Positions 37,948 through 48,189 of a stretch of 64,000 bases of DNA are shown piece by piece. Positions within the stretch are counted from its first letter, which is position 1. Every line of letters begins with the position of its first letter. The notes beneath the pieces were generated by a model. The model ran no database searches, had not been told where the DNA came from, and saw only the letters and a program-made list of their open reading frames with translations. The position numbers were made by a program, and so were the translations under genes. Origin of the DNA: an uncultured archaeon (GTDB taxonomy: Archaea; Asgardarchaeota; Lokiarchaeia; Sigyniarchaeales; SOKP01); the NCBI GenBank assembly GCA_964583985.1, contig CAZOYD010000015.1, positions 1 to 64,000 of the forward strand, written 5' to 3'.

Positions 37948-39597
37948 TTATGAAATATAAATCTTCATTGCTTCAATAAAAAGTTCTTGTTGATCAACTA
38001 GCGAAAGTTTCTTATCTCTTTTGATTAAATCTTTTTCACTCGCAATTTCATTGATAAATTTATTTAGCAATAATTCTTGAAAAATAACTAAATGTGGATT
38101 GTAAAACGCTTTCTTTTGTTTAATATCTTTCCTAAGAAGTTCTCTGAATTCAGGTTCAAGCCAAATACGAAAAGGACCAGGACTATGTTCTGCTTTATGT
38201 TTTATCTTGAATTGACTCTTTAACGTGTAGATAACTTCATAAATTGTTTTGCAGATAATTCGGATTTTATCTTGATTCTCCTTGTATAAATAATTAATAG
38301 GGACTGGGAGTCGAAGGTGTAATAATAAGCCCATTCCCCGCCTAAAGTTTATATGACCATAGCCAAATATAATTTTTTGGAAACCATTTCTTTCAAAAAT
38401 ATTATTAATTGATGCAATGATTTCTGGTAAATGTTTAGGAGGACTTAATACATCCTCAAATCCAGGAAAGGCGATAAAATCAGATATATTATCTGAAGTT
38501 TGAACTAAAAGCGCAAATGTTGAACGTTCTTTAAGAAATTCATCAAATTCATCATCATTCAACCATTTTTGTGAACATTCTGTAACAGATTTCATAATTT
38601 CCATGAATGATTCCACTTCATTAACCGATCCTTGGATAAGTGTAGCCCATTTGATAGTTTCACTCAAATTAGCGAATTTTCCTGGAAGTTTAAAGGGGGA
38701 AATAACAAATTCACTAATCAAAGGAAAAATTTTATTCTCTAATACTTGTTGTAACCCATTAAATGCTGAATTTATATCGTCTCCAAATATAATCGCTTGT
38801 TTAAGATCCGTCTCTGGTTGATATAATTTGAATGTTGCGTTTAATACTATGCCAAAATAACCGTTTCCTCTTACAATTTTAGTAAAATAAGGATCATTTT
38901 TGGATATATTAATGCATTTTCCCTCTGGAGTCATTATTCGAATCTCCTCAAGCCAATCTGATACAGAACCAAGTTTACCAGAAGTTACGCCACTAGCATC
39001 AGTAGAAATAATACCCCCTATTCGAACCGGTAACTTAAAAGCGCTTGCTGGTTGGATTGGAAAAATGTATTTGTTATTGCTCAAGAGGGGGATTTTTTTA
39101 ATTAGATCGGAAATCAAAACGTTTTGCTCAACGTGAACTATTCCTTTTTCCAAATCCACGTGAATTGATTCCTTATTTGAATGAAGATCGGCAAGATCAA
39201 CGATTATTCCAAAATTAGCATAAGCTCCCGATAACCCTGTTTTACCCCCGGCAAAACTAATAGGCACTTCGAACTCTCTTGATGCATTTATAATATGACG
39301 CAATTGGTTTTCAACTAATGGTCGAAAGATAATATAAGGAATAATATGCAGTAAAGAAGTATCTTTTATGGCACCCCCTTCTATCAAGTTATTAACTAAC
39401 ATTACATTTCCAGAATTAATTGGTCTTTTTTGATTGTTTAACAATGCGTTCGAAATTGAATTTTGTACTAAGAAACCGCAATTTTCCATTTCTTTAATGA
39501 AGTCAATCCAATTAATCTTCTTCTTTAGTTTTAAAATCAAATCGGCACGATTCGTCATTATTTCTAAATTAAAATAAGTATTTACTATTAAAAACAA
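37948..39597 (-). CDS. FAD-linked oxidoreductase (GlcD/D-lactate dehydrogenase-like, PCMH FAD domain)
   Basis: AGGKTGLSG, PIQPAS..RIGG..STDASG..KLG, GYGHIN and AEHSPG motifs. The true start may be MTNRAD (~39558). Confidence 0.8.
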   Translation of the reverse strand: MFLIVNTYFNLEIMTNRADLILKLKKKINWIDFIKEMENCGFLVQNSISNALLNNQKRPINSGNVMLVNNLIEGGAIKDTSLLHIIPYIIFRPLVENQLRHIINASREFEVPISFAGGKTGLSGAYANFGIIVDLADLHSNKESIHVDLEKGIVHVEQNVLISDLIKKIPLLSNNKYIFPIQPASAFKLPVRIGGIISTDASGVTSGKLGSVSDWLEEIRIMTPEGKCINISKNDPYFTKIVRGNGYFGIVLNATFKLYQPETDLKQAIIFGDDINSAFNGLQQVLENKIFPLISEFVISPFKLPGKFANLSETIKWATLIQGSVNEVESFMEIMKSVTECSQKWLNDDEFDEFLKERSTFALLVQTSDNISDFIAFPGFEDVLSPPKHLPEIIASINNIFERNGFQKIIFGYGHINFRRGMGLLLHLRLPVPINYLYKENQDKIRIICKTIYEVIYTLKSQFKIKHKAEHSPGPFRIWLEPEFRELLRKDIKQKKAFYNPHLVIFQELLLNKFINEIASEKDLIKRDKKLSLVDQQELFIEAMKIYIS

Positions 39598-39626
39598 TTT
39601 TTAAATAGTGAAAAATTAACTATTCT

Positions 39627-40652
39627 ATGATTCCCACGATTGAATGGACTGAGGATAATAAAGTCAAGATGATTGATCAAACGATTTTACCTCATGAATT
39701 AAAGTTTTTAGAATTTACAGATTATAGAGATGTAGCCACTTCGATTAAAGTCATGAACATACGTGGTGCTCCTGCTATTGGTGTAGCCGCTGCTTTTGGA
39801 ATGGCTTTAGCCACAATCGAATTTAAATCTCTCTCTAAAGACAAGTTTCTTTCATCAATGAAAGAAGCTGCTAAGATCATTAAAGATACAAGGCCAACCG
39901 CATCAAATTTATTCTGGGCAGTAAATAGAGTTTGGAAAATAATCTCAGATTTTCCGGATAATCCTCAAACTTTGTCAGATCTAGTGGTTGAAGAAGCAAA
40001 AATAATGGCGCAAGAAGATATAACTGTAAATAAAAGTATTGGAAAAAATGGTGCTAAGCTATTAAGTGATGGAGATGTTGTTTTAACACATTGTAATGCA
40101 GGATCGTTAGCTACTGTTCAATATGGAACTGCTTTAGCTCCCATTAGAACAGCAATTGAAGAAGGTAAAAGAATAAGTGTAATTGCTGATGAAACCAGGC
40201 CAAGATTACAAGGCGCAAGATTAACAGCCTATGAATTGCAATATGATAATATTCCTGTGAAAGTTATCTCTGACACATCATCTGGATTATTAATGCGTCT
40301 TGGAAAAGTGAATAAAGTAATTGTGGGAACTGATAGGGTATCTTCTGATGCAGTATTTAATAAAATCGGAACCTATTTGGTTGCTTTAGCTGCGAAAGAT
40401 AATGAGATTCCTTTCTACGTTGCAGCTCCAACTTCAACACTTTCTCTTCAAGATACTGTAGATGATGTAATAATTGAACAGCGGGATCCAATGGAGGTAA
40501 GTAATATACTAGGAAAAGTTCGAATTGTTCCAGAAGGAGTAGAATGCTTAAATTATGCTTTTGACGTGACTCCATTTCGCTTGGTTAGTGGAATAATCAC
40601 GGAGGATGGTGTTTTCACTCCAGAAGAAATGTTATTAAAATATAAAAAATGA
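39627..40652 (+). CDS. mtnA: Methylthioribose-1-phosphate isomerase (eIF2B/MtnA family)
   Basis: IDQTILP, IRGAPAIG, TRPTA.NL, THCNAGSLAT, DETRPRLQGARLT, NKIGTY and AFDVTP motifs. Confidence 0.92.
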   Translation: MIPTIEWTEDNKVKMIDQTILPHELKFLEFTDYRDVATSIKVMNIRGAPAIGVAAAFGMALATIEFKSLSKDKFLSSMKEAAKIIKDTRPTASNLFWAVNRVWKIISDFPDNPQTLSDLVVEEAKIMAQEDITVNKSIGKNGAKLLSDGDVVLTHCNAGSLATVQYGTALAPIRTAIEEGKRISVIADETRPRLQGARLTAYELQYDNIPVKVISDTSSGLLMRLGKVNKVIVGTDRVSSDAVFNKIGTYLVALAAKDNEIPFYVAAPTSTLSLQDTVDDVIIEQRDPMEVSNILGKVRIVPEGVECLNYAFDVTPFRLVSGIITEDGVFTPEEMLLKYKK

Positions 40653-40703
40653 TTTAAACAACTTTTACTTTTAATCTTTATTAGCTTTTATTGGTCGGAA
40701 ACA

Positions 40704-40970
40704 ATGATTAAAATTATAGGTCATAAGTCAACAAAGAAGCAATCCTTGTTTAAGATTTTCATTTATGGAATGATTGAGATCATTTGCTTGAATCTATATT
40801 TCATAATATCTGGATTGGAGGGAAGTTTTACTTGGACTATTGAACGATTGAACTCAACAGCAGCAGGAATGTTAATACAAACAATAAATTTGATTGCTAT
40901 TATTATTGGTTTTGTTCTGCTCATTCAATTTATAATGTACCTTCTTTTGGTTTTTACAGGATCAGATTAA
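40704..40970 (+). CDS. Small membrane protein (2 TM)
   Basis: 88 aa with two hydrophobic helices. Confidence 0.55.
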   Translation: MIKIIGHKSTKKQSLFKIFIYGMIEIICLNLYFIISGLEGSFTWTIERLNSTAAGMLIQTINLIAIIIGFVLLIQFIMYLLLVFTGSD

Positions 40971-41971
40971 GAGTTATACATTTGGATGACGTTTTTAAAA
41001 GTGTTTTTTAATTGGGTTAAATTTTTAGCCTTAGATATATTTCTTCTGATACTTGTTGAATCTTTTATATATTTTGTTAACCATATAGAATTGCGATATA
41101 ATTCTGAAAATTTAAATATATCCTTTTCATATTTAATGGGACTATTATCATCTAAAAAATTATCAATACAATCTTCGTAAAGTTCAATGAATTGTTGCCA
41201 TTTAATAATGTTATTTTCAATTGATGTTTCGATGCCATGTTGAAGAAATTTATCGATTTGAGTGAATATTTCTGGATTTCCGATGCTACCACGTCCAATC
41301 ATTAGACCATCAACACAGGTATATTCTAAAAAGTATTTTGCAGTATTATAATCAATGAGATCTCCATTTCCAATAACAGGAATGGATATATTGGTTTTTA
41401 TGTCTCTAATCGTATCTAAATCAATTTTCATATCACTAAATCTATCTTGTACTGTTCTACCATGAATGGTAATAAATTCTAAACTCAGGTTATCAATTAG
41501 CGATATGAATTCATTTACATCAACTGGTTTTTCAAAGCCTGTTCTAATTTTTAATGATACGGGATGAGATGAAAACTTTAAAGCCGTTTGGACTAGCCGA
41601 CTTAACTTCTTTAAATCATTTAGTAAATATCCCCCTTCTTGTGCTTTAATCGCTCTTTTTGAGGGACAACCCGCGTTCAGATCAAGGAAATCAAATTCAT
41701 AAGTCTCAAGGAATTCAATAGATTTTTTTAGTGCATCGATATTCGATCCAATCAATTGAACGCCTATTGGTCGTTCTTCCTTGATTCGGTATAGTTCTAA
41801 TTCAACAGAGGAAGGGTTTTTTTCGAGTCGTTTAATGTATAACATGGGTACAATAACTAATCCTACATTTTCAGAAACTTTGCGACAAAATCTGCGATAT
41901 GGTGAAGTGGTAACATTTTGCATCGGAGCAAGAATTAAATCGCTTTTTACATCAATTCTACCTAATCTCAT
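40967..41971 (-). CDS. dus: tRNA-dihydrouridine synthase family protein
   Basis: LAPM, GVQLIG, DLNAGCP, SLKIRTG, IHGRT, GNGD and MIGRG motifs. Confidence 0.92.
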   Translation of the reverse strand: MRLGRIDVKSDLILAPMQNVTTSPYRRFCRKVSENVGLVIVPMLYIKRLEKNPSSVELELYRIKEERPIGVQLIGSNIDALKKSIEFLETYEFDFLDLNAGCPSKRAIKAQEGGYLLNDLKKLSRLVQTALKFSSHPVSLKIRTGFEKPVDVNEFISLIDNLSLEFITIHGRTVQDRFSDMKIDLDTIRDIKTNISIPVIGNGDLIDYNTAKYFLEYTCVDGLMIGRGSIGNPEIFTQIDKFLQHGIETSIENNIIKWQQFIELYEDCIDNFLDDNSPIKYEKDIFKFSELYRNSIWLTKYIKDSTSIRRNISKAKNLTQLKNTFKNVIQMYNS

Positions 41972-42090
41972 TTTTTCGTTACTCGTATAAGCCTTCTTGT
42001 CGATAAACTATAAAGTATAAAGAAGAAATTTTAATAAAAACAGCCTTTTAGTTTAATTAAATACAATAATTATTCTAAAATTTCGCAAGA

Positions 42091-42603
42091 GTGAAAAAAT
42101 TTATCATGATAAATTATCTAAAAGAATTTGAATTAAATAAAGATTCGATAAAAATTATGTATAAAGAAGGTGAACCACTAGAACTCAATAACAAGTTTAA
42201 TTTTTTTCATAATAAAAACAAGTTCAGAAAAGAATTAAATAAACTTCAATATTTATTTCGAAATTATACTGGGAATTCTCTAGTAGCTTCAGGGATAAGA
42301 GACTCTTATCTTAAAGAAGAGATTTCAGAGAACTTTTTGATAATCTTATTTACAACTAATGATACGGTAAAAAAGGCTAATGAAATAATTGAACCAAAGA
42401 AAAATTTTGCACCTGAAAAAGGAAACTATTATTTAGAATCTACAAAGAAATATATTCTATTGCTAAGCAGAGATATGACCGGTTTAACTGCAGGTATCAA
42501 TACTTTTGAATCGATCTTAACTCAAGTCTTCGAACATTACGTAAAAGTTAATAACCTCGAAGAATTTGTAAAAATAAGACCCTTTGAAATCTATAACTAT
42601 TAA
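42091..42603 (+). CDS. Hypothetical protein resembling the GH20 N-terminal (domain 2) module
   Basis: GNYYLES..YILLLSRDMTGLTAGINTFESIL..FEIYNY resembles the zincin-like accessory domain of hexosaminidases; no catalytic domain is attached. Confidence 0.5.
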   Translation: MKKFIMINYLKEFELNKDSIKIMYKEGEPLELNNKFNFFHNKNKFRKELNKLQYLFRNYTGNSLVASGIRDSYLKEEISENFLIILFTTNDTVKKANEIIEPKKNFAPEKGNYYLESTKKYILLLSRDMTGLTAGINTFESILTQVFEHYVKVNNLEEFVKIRPFEIYNY

Positions 42604-42665
42604 ATGTACTCTCTTTAGCTTATTATAATAATAAATAGGTTAGTATAAATAATAAGAAGTATAGA

Positions 42666-44393
42666 TTAAGCTACAAACTTCCATGGCTTCTGCTTCTTCA
42701 ACCGATATGCTTTATCGGCATACTCCTCGACCATACGATGAGTATTAAAGTAAGCTGCTAATGATATTGCATGTTTACTTCGTAGTAACCATTCATCATG
42801 ATTCATGTAGGTAGGAATTATTTTATTTTCTATTATCTCATAAAGAGCATTTGAATCAATGTCCCAACTGTTAGAAACGCCTGGATCTTTAGGGTTAGAA
42901 TCATCCGGTCCTATCGCCCATCCTGCCAGTGATGCTCGACGATATCCTTCTAACCACCATCCATCAAGCACACTCAAATTTAAGGCTCCATTCAACGCCG
43001 CCTTCATACCACTGGTCCCACTTGCTTCTCGATAACGTTCAGGTGTGTTCATCCATACGTCAACACCTGAAACTAACATGTGAGCTAAATCCATGTTGTA
43101 ATTCTCCATTAAAACAACCTTTACTTTAAAATTGTCATAAAGATATACCCCAGATTCGAAGATCTCTTTGATATATTCTTTTCCCATCATATCCTTAGGG
43201 TGTGCTTTGCCTGCAAAAATGAATTGAACTTTCCCTTGGCATAATTTACCTAATCTGTCAATATCATGAAAGATTAATGTGGCTCTCTTATATGTAGCAA
43301 ATCTTCTCGCAAAACCAATGGTTATGAGTTCTTCGTCTAATAGATTCCAAGAATGCCCTTTCTGATAATTAATTAAATTAAATTTATTCTCGATTCGAGC
43401 ATCAAATAATTCTAAATCATCTAATTCTATTGCATTTTGTAATAAGGATGGATTTGATTTCCAGTTTGGCCATTTACGATCGAATAATTTCCTTATTGGT
43501 TTTGACACCCAAAAAGGCATATGAATTCCGTTTGTGATGTAATCGAGATTTATATTAGGGAACATTTTTCGAGAGACTTCACAGTGCTTTTTTGACACTG
43601 CATTTTGATAACGAGAAGCATTCATTCCCAAGAAAGTCATATTAAGAGATCCATTATCATCAGCAAGCTTTCTTAATTTAGTGGGAAACCTGTTTTCAAA
43701 TACCTGTTCTACTAATTTTTGCTCAAATTTATCATGTCCCGCTGGGACGGGAGTATGGGTTGTAAAGACGAATTTTTCTTTTACTTTCTCTAAACTTCCT
43801 AAGTCATTATAAAGTTCTACTATAGAAAAGGATCCGTGCCCTTCATTGAGATGATAAACTTGAAGGTTTTTATATCCCAGAGATTTTAACAATTTAACTG
43901 CTCCAATCCCTAAAATTTGTTCTTGAACTATTCGATTCCATCTTGATGTGGAATCATAGAGTGAACCCGTCATTTTTTTCATCCAATCTTCATTTCCCTC
44001 AACATCCGTTGTAAGGAGATAAATAGGGATAATATGACCTGATTGACCGATCACTCTATAAAGCCAAGCAGATACCAATACTTCTTTATTCTCAATTTTA
44101 AGAGAGATTGGGGTCTCTACTTTTTCGAATTCATAAAAGAAATTCCATTCAATTTCTTTTTCCTTTTGTTCACCTTTTTCGTTGAACAACTGGTAGAAAT
44201 AACCAGAGCTATAACAAAGACATACAGCAACCATCGGAATTTCCAAATCTGCTGCAGACCTAACAGTATCACCAGATAAAACTCCTAAGCCACCACTATA
44301 TGTTGGAATGTTTGAATCAATTCCGATCTCCATCGAAATATATGCCACAAGTGTATTTTCCTTGAGTTCATCATCAATTTCCATATAAACCAA
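42666..44393 (-). CDS. glgP: Alpha-glucan phosphorylase
   Basis: YSGGLGVLSGD, HLNEGH, FTTHTPVPAGHD, GFARRFATYKR and PLP-lysine EASGTSGMK. Confidence 0.95.
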   Translation of the reverse strand: MVYMEIDDELKENTLVAYISMEIGIDSNIPTYSGGLGVLSGDTVRSAADLEIPMVAVCLCYSSGYFYQLFNEKGEQKEKEIEWNFFYEFEKVETPISLKIENKEVLVSAWLYRVIGQSGHIIPIYLLTTDVEGNEDWMKKMTGSLYDSTSRWNRIVQEQILGIGAVKLLKSLGYKNLQVYHLNEGHGSFSIVELYNDLGSLEKVKEKFVFTTHTPVPAGHDKFEQKLVEQVFENRFPTKLRKLADDNGSLNMTFLGMNASRYQNAVSKKHCEVSRKMFPNINLDYITNGIHMPFWVSKPIRKLFDRKWPNWKSNPSLLQNAIELDDLELFDARIENKFNLINYQKGHSWNLLDEELITIGFARRFATYKRATLIFHDIDRLGKLCQGKVQFIFAGKAHPKDMMGKEYIKEIFESGVYLYDNFKVKVVLMENYNMDLAHMLVSGVDVWMNTPERYREASGTSGMKAALNGALNLSVLDGWWLEGYRRASLAGWAIGPDDSNPKDPGVSNSWDIDSNALYEIIENKIIPTYMNHDEWLLRSKHAISLAAYFNTHRMVEEYADKAYRLKKQKPWKFVA

Positions 44394-44474
44394 TTCTTTA
44401 TGTAATTAATTTGAATATGTAATGAATATGTTATTTAGGGTTTTTAATCTTATATATTGTAAAAAAAATTTTAA

Positions 44475-45122
44475 TTATATGGTTAAAGTTTTATTTTCTA
44501 ATATTTCAACTTTAATGTTAGAATCTTTTCTATTCATGACTTTTTCAAATTCCTTCAAATCTTTATCCCAATTATGCATTGGAACTACCATTTGTGGTTG
44601 AATGTCAATTGCGGCATCTGATGCTTCTTCAAAATCCATTGTATACGTTCCTCCACAAGGAAGTAAAGCAACCGTTATTTTTCTTTTTGCTAATGCTTTC
44701 ATTTCAGGAATTCTTTCGGTATCCCCTGCATGGTAAATGCTCTTACCTGCTGATTCTATGATCGTTCCCGTCCAACCGTTACTTTTCGGATGAGTTGGCT
44801 TTATTATGGTATATGCCGGGAATAATTCAATAGTGAAATCTTTATAAGTAACTGGCTTACCAATCTTTAAAGATTGTCCTTTAAAGTCTTTCAAACTACT
44901 TGCAATACTTTCTGGACCTAATAAAATTGTCTCTTCTTTCCATAATTTCTTTATATCTGATTTTGAGAAATGATCTCCATGAGTATGAGAGGTAACAATA
45001 AAATCGGCTTTCTCTTCATCTTTGCTAACTTTATATGGGTCCAAATATATGATTCGACCACCACGCGTCACAATTTTAAAACAAGCATGACCCAACCATA
45101 TTAATTTAAATTCTCCTTCCAT
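44475..45122 (-). CDS. Metallo-beta-lactamase-fold hydrolase (UlaG-like)
   Basis: WLGHAC, SHTHGDH, YHAGDT and VPMH motifs. Confidence 0.9.
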   Translation of the reverse strand: MEGEFKLIWLGHACFKIVTRGGRIIYLDPYKVSKDEEKADFIVTSHTHGDHFSKSDIKKLWKEETILLGPESIASSLKDFKGQSLKIGKPVTYKDFTIELFPAYTIIKPTHPKSNGWTGTIIESAGKSIYHAGDTERIPEMKALAKRKITVALLPCGGTYTMDFEEASDAAIDIQPQMVVPMHNWDKDLKEFEKVMNRKDSNIKVEILENKTLTI

Positions 45123-45223
45123 TTAAATCACTTTTTCATAATTAAATTAAATTATATCTCAAAATATGATTCTAACCTTTTTAAGACTATCTTGAGAAAT
45201 TATTTTCTAAGAAAAAGATTGTT

Positions 45224-45598
45224 TTATTCTTCTTCATCCAATTTTAATTCTGGATTTTCTAATGAGATTTTCCTAGATCTTCTTAAATCATTGGGTTTTT
45301 CAATGCTTATATTATCAATTCTTTCAAGGAATAGCTTATTTTCGAAATTGGGAATGGAATTTATTAAATTCGGTTTAGGAAAATCATAAATTAAATTTGG
45401 TCTGTAATTCCTACTAATATTTGAAATATCATCCTTAAAAGTCATATCTGTTGAGAGTTTATTTCTAAATAAATTCTTGAATGGACTTAGCTCATTTTTC
45501 TTTAAATCTATTTTATTAATGGAATTTATCGGGAAAGTTGAACGAGATATTCGACATATTGGACAATTATTATTCTCAAGACCATGTATGCAAGCCAT
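45224..45598 (-). CDS. Hypothetical protein with N-terminal C-x-H-x6-C-x2-C zinc motif
   Basis: MACIHGLENNNCPIC followed by a low-complexity tail. Confidence 0.6.
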   Translation of the reverse strand: MACIHGLENNNCPICRISRSTFPINSINKIDLKKNELSPFKNLFRNKLSTDMTFKDDISNISRNYRPNLIYDFPKPNLINSIPNFENKLFLERIDNISIEKPNDLRRSRKISLENPELKLDEEE

Positions 45599-45675
45599 TT
45601 TTTTTTACTCTTATAATGTTGCTATTCTGTATTCTTTAAATTAATTTTATCTTTTATTTCTTTTTATAATAAAAT

Positions 45676-46800
45676 ATGAATGAACCAAATAATGTCTTTC
45701 TCTCGGAGATTTATTCCCAACCAGATGCACTTAAAAACACTTTTGAACACATTCTATCTGAGAGCAAGCCCCAATTCTTGCAAGTTAAGGATTTTATCAA
45801 GAGAGGAGGTATTTCTAAGCTAATCTTCACTGGAATGGGGTCCAGTTACATTGTATCATATCTTCCATATTATTTATTAAATCAATACGGGATAACCATT
45901 GAAATTCGTGAGGCGGGAGAATTTTTATTTAATACCTTCCCAAAAACAAGACAAGATTCTTTTAAGGACACAGGAATTGTTATAATCTCTCAATCAGGAG
46001 AATCTGGAGAAATAAGGGAATTATTGAAAAATATCAATGATATGGATGTAAAACCATTGACAATTGGAATTACAAATAATCCCGATAGCTATTTAGCATA
46101 CATGACGGAATTACAGATTTTCATGAACATTGATAAAGAAGCCACAATTACAACTAAAACGTATCTCTGTACATTATTAATCTTGTACGTTCTATCAAAG
46201 ACAATTATAGGAGAATTCTTTACTAGCGAAGATTATATTCAAGAAGTCCGTGAATTAATTAAAGAGATCGAAGATTTACTTAATGATAAGCAAAAAGTCA
46301 AATATATTTGGGAGAAAATTTTGCCGAAATTCGGTAAAAAGATAAAGTTTTTAGAAATACTTGCAAGAGGTCCCTCTATGGTCACAGCTCATCAAGCTGC
46401 CTTGAACTATAAAGAAATCGTTCGATCATATTCAGAAGCGACATCAATCTCAACCTTTCGACATGGAGGCATCGAATGTTTGAATAATGAATCAAGACTC
46501 ATTATACTCACATCGGACGATAAAAATCTTGAACTTAATGGAAATTTTATCACGAAATTGACCTCTGAATGGACTTTTGGTAAACTATTACATATCACTA
46601 ACCAAAAACTCACTGGTGAATTAGAGAAAATTCATAAAAATCCAAACATCATCCTTTATCACCATAAGATAAAAGATCCCTTCTTGGCCCCATTATATGA
46701 GATAGTAATTCTACAATTATTATTTTACAAAATGGCAGAGGAAAAAGGAATTGTGCCCGGAATATTCTTGTATTCTCAAAAAATCACTCGGGATTTATAA
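45676..46800 (+). CDS. Double SIS-domain sugar-phosphate isomerase (GlmS/FrlB-like)
   Basis: EIYSQP, FTGMGSS, ISQSGES, ITNNPDS, TKTY, ARGPS and FRHG motifs. Confidence 0.88.
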   Translation: MNEPNNVFLSEIYSQPDALKNTFEHILSESKPQFLQVKDFIKRGGISKLIFTGMGSSYIVSYLPYYLLNQYGITIEIREAGEFLFNTFPKTRQDSFKDTGIVIISQSGESGEIRELLKNINDMDVKPLTIGITNNPDSYLAYMTELQIFMNIDKEATITTKTYLCTLLILYVLSKTIIGEFFTSEDYIQEVRELIKEIEDLLNDKQKVKYIWEKILPKFGKKIKFLEILARGPSMVTAHQAALNYKEIVRSYSEATSISTFRHGGIECLNNESRLIILTSDDKNLELNGNFITKLTSEWTFGKLLHITNQKLTGELEKIHKNPNIILYHHKIKDPFLAPLYEIVILQLLFYKMAEEKGIVPGIFLYSQKITRDL

Positions 46801-46908
46801 AAACTACTATTTCTCTCACTTTTATCAAAATCCTAATACTTCAAGCTCGAAAACTAGAAATATTAACATCAATTTTTAAACATATTATTTAGAATGTAAG
46901 CAATTGTT

Positions 46909-48189
46909 ATGGATTCTATAGCAAATACTAGAACGTTTATTGGTTATTTGATTTTTTGGATAGGTCAATTGATTTCTCTTCTTGGGTCATCCATCATTCA
47001 TTTTGTTATAGTATGGTGGATAACAGAAGTTACAGGAAGTGCAATCCTCCTTGGTGTTGCGAATTTTATGGGAATGGCACCTTTAATTGTACTGACCCCC
47101 ATTTTTGGTGTTTTTATAGATAAATGGAATAGAAAAGTAATTATCGCTGTTGCTGATTTTTGTCAAGCTCTTATAACTTTCTGGATTATAATGCTATTTT
47201 TCCTGGGAATAGAAGCCGTTATTCCAATCATTTTGATCAATAGTCTTCGAGGAGTTTGCCAAGCTTTTCATTTTCCAACTGTTAAAGCAATCATTCCAAT
47301 AATGATACCTAAGGATAAGTTAAGTAGAATGAATGCCATTGATTATTTATTTAATGGGATGGTAAATATTGCTGGACCTGTTATTGCTGCTACATTATAT
47401 GCCTTTTTACCAATTATATCAATTTTATGGATTGATATTTATACTTTCATAATCGCAATTATTCCTCTCCTTATCATTAAAATTCCACATATCAATAAGA
47501 ATAAAATGGAAGAGAAAGAATTTTCCTTTTCAAAGGACTTCAAATTGGGATTAGATGGACTCAAAAAGGTTCCTGGACTGGTAATTTTATTAGTATTAAT
47601 ATCTATAATAAACTTTCTTGGACAACCATTTGGTACTTTACTTCCCTTATTTGTCTCATCCAATCATCTTGGAGATGCAGGTGATCTAGCCGTAATAATG
47701 GCATTAATGCAGACTGGTATGATTATTGGTGCTATTATCGCGTCTTCTAAAAAAGATTGGAGGAATAGAGTAAGGGTAATTTCAACCTGTATCTCCATTT
47801 CAGTGATAGGTTACATTCTTTCTGCTCTTTCTCCTACGGGCAATTTCATTTTAATTGGTGTAGGAGGGATGTTCAGAGCTGGAATGGTTCCCTTGATTAA
47901 TACTAACTTTCTTACAATAATTCAATTGCAAGTACCTCCTGAAAAACAAGGAAAAGTCATGTCAATAGTTGTATCATTAGCTTGGGCAGTGATACCTTTA
48001 GGTAGTTTGGTGTCAGGACCCATCGCTGAAGCTATTGGAATCGTTTCTCTTTATGTGACATTTGCAATTTTACAATTAGTTACCTTATTAATTATATTAC
48101 TCTTTACCAATGTGCGAAAAGTAAAATATGAAACCATATACGAAGCTGAAAATAAATTCAAAAATATGGAGTTAGAACCTAATGAGTGA
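46909..48189 (+). CDS. MFS transporter (MefA/DHA3-like), paralog 1
   Basis: FWIGQLISLLGS, GVFIDKWNRK motif A and QVPPEKQGKV; 12 TM. Confidence 0.9.
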   Translation: MDSIANTRTFIGYLIFWIGQLISLLGSSIIHFVIVWWITEVTGSAILLGVANFMGMAPLIVLTPIFGVFIDKWNRKVIIAVADFCQALITFWIIMLFFLGIEAVIPIILINSLRGVCQAFHFPTVKAIIPIMIPKDKLSRMNAIDYLFNGMVNIAGPVIAATLYAFLPIISILWIDIYTFIIAIIPLLIIKIPHINKNKMEEKEFSFSKDFKLGLDGLKKVPGLVILLVLISIINFLGQPFGTLLPLFVSSNHLGDAGDLAVIMALMQTGMIIGAIIASSKKDWRNRVRVISTCISISVIGYILSALSPTGNFILIGVGGMFRAGMVPLINTNFLTIIQLQVPPEKQGKVMSIVVSLAWAVIPLGSLVSGPIAEAIGIVSLYVTFAILQLVTLLIILLFTNVRKVKYETIYEAENKFKNMELEPNE

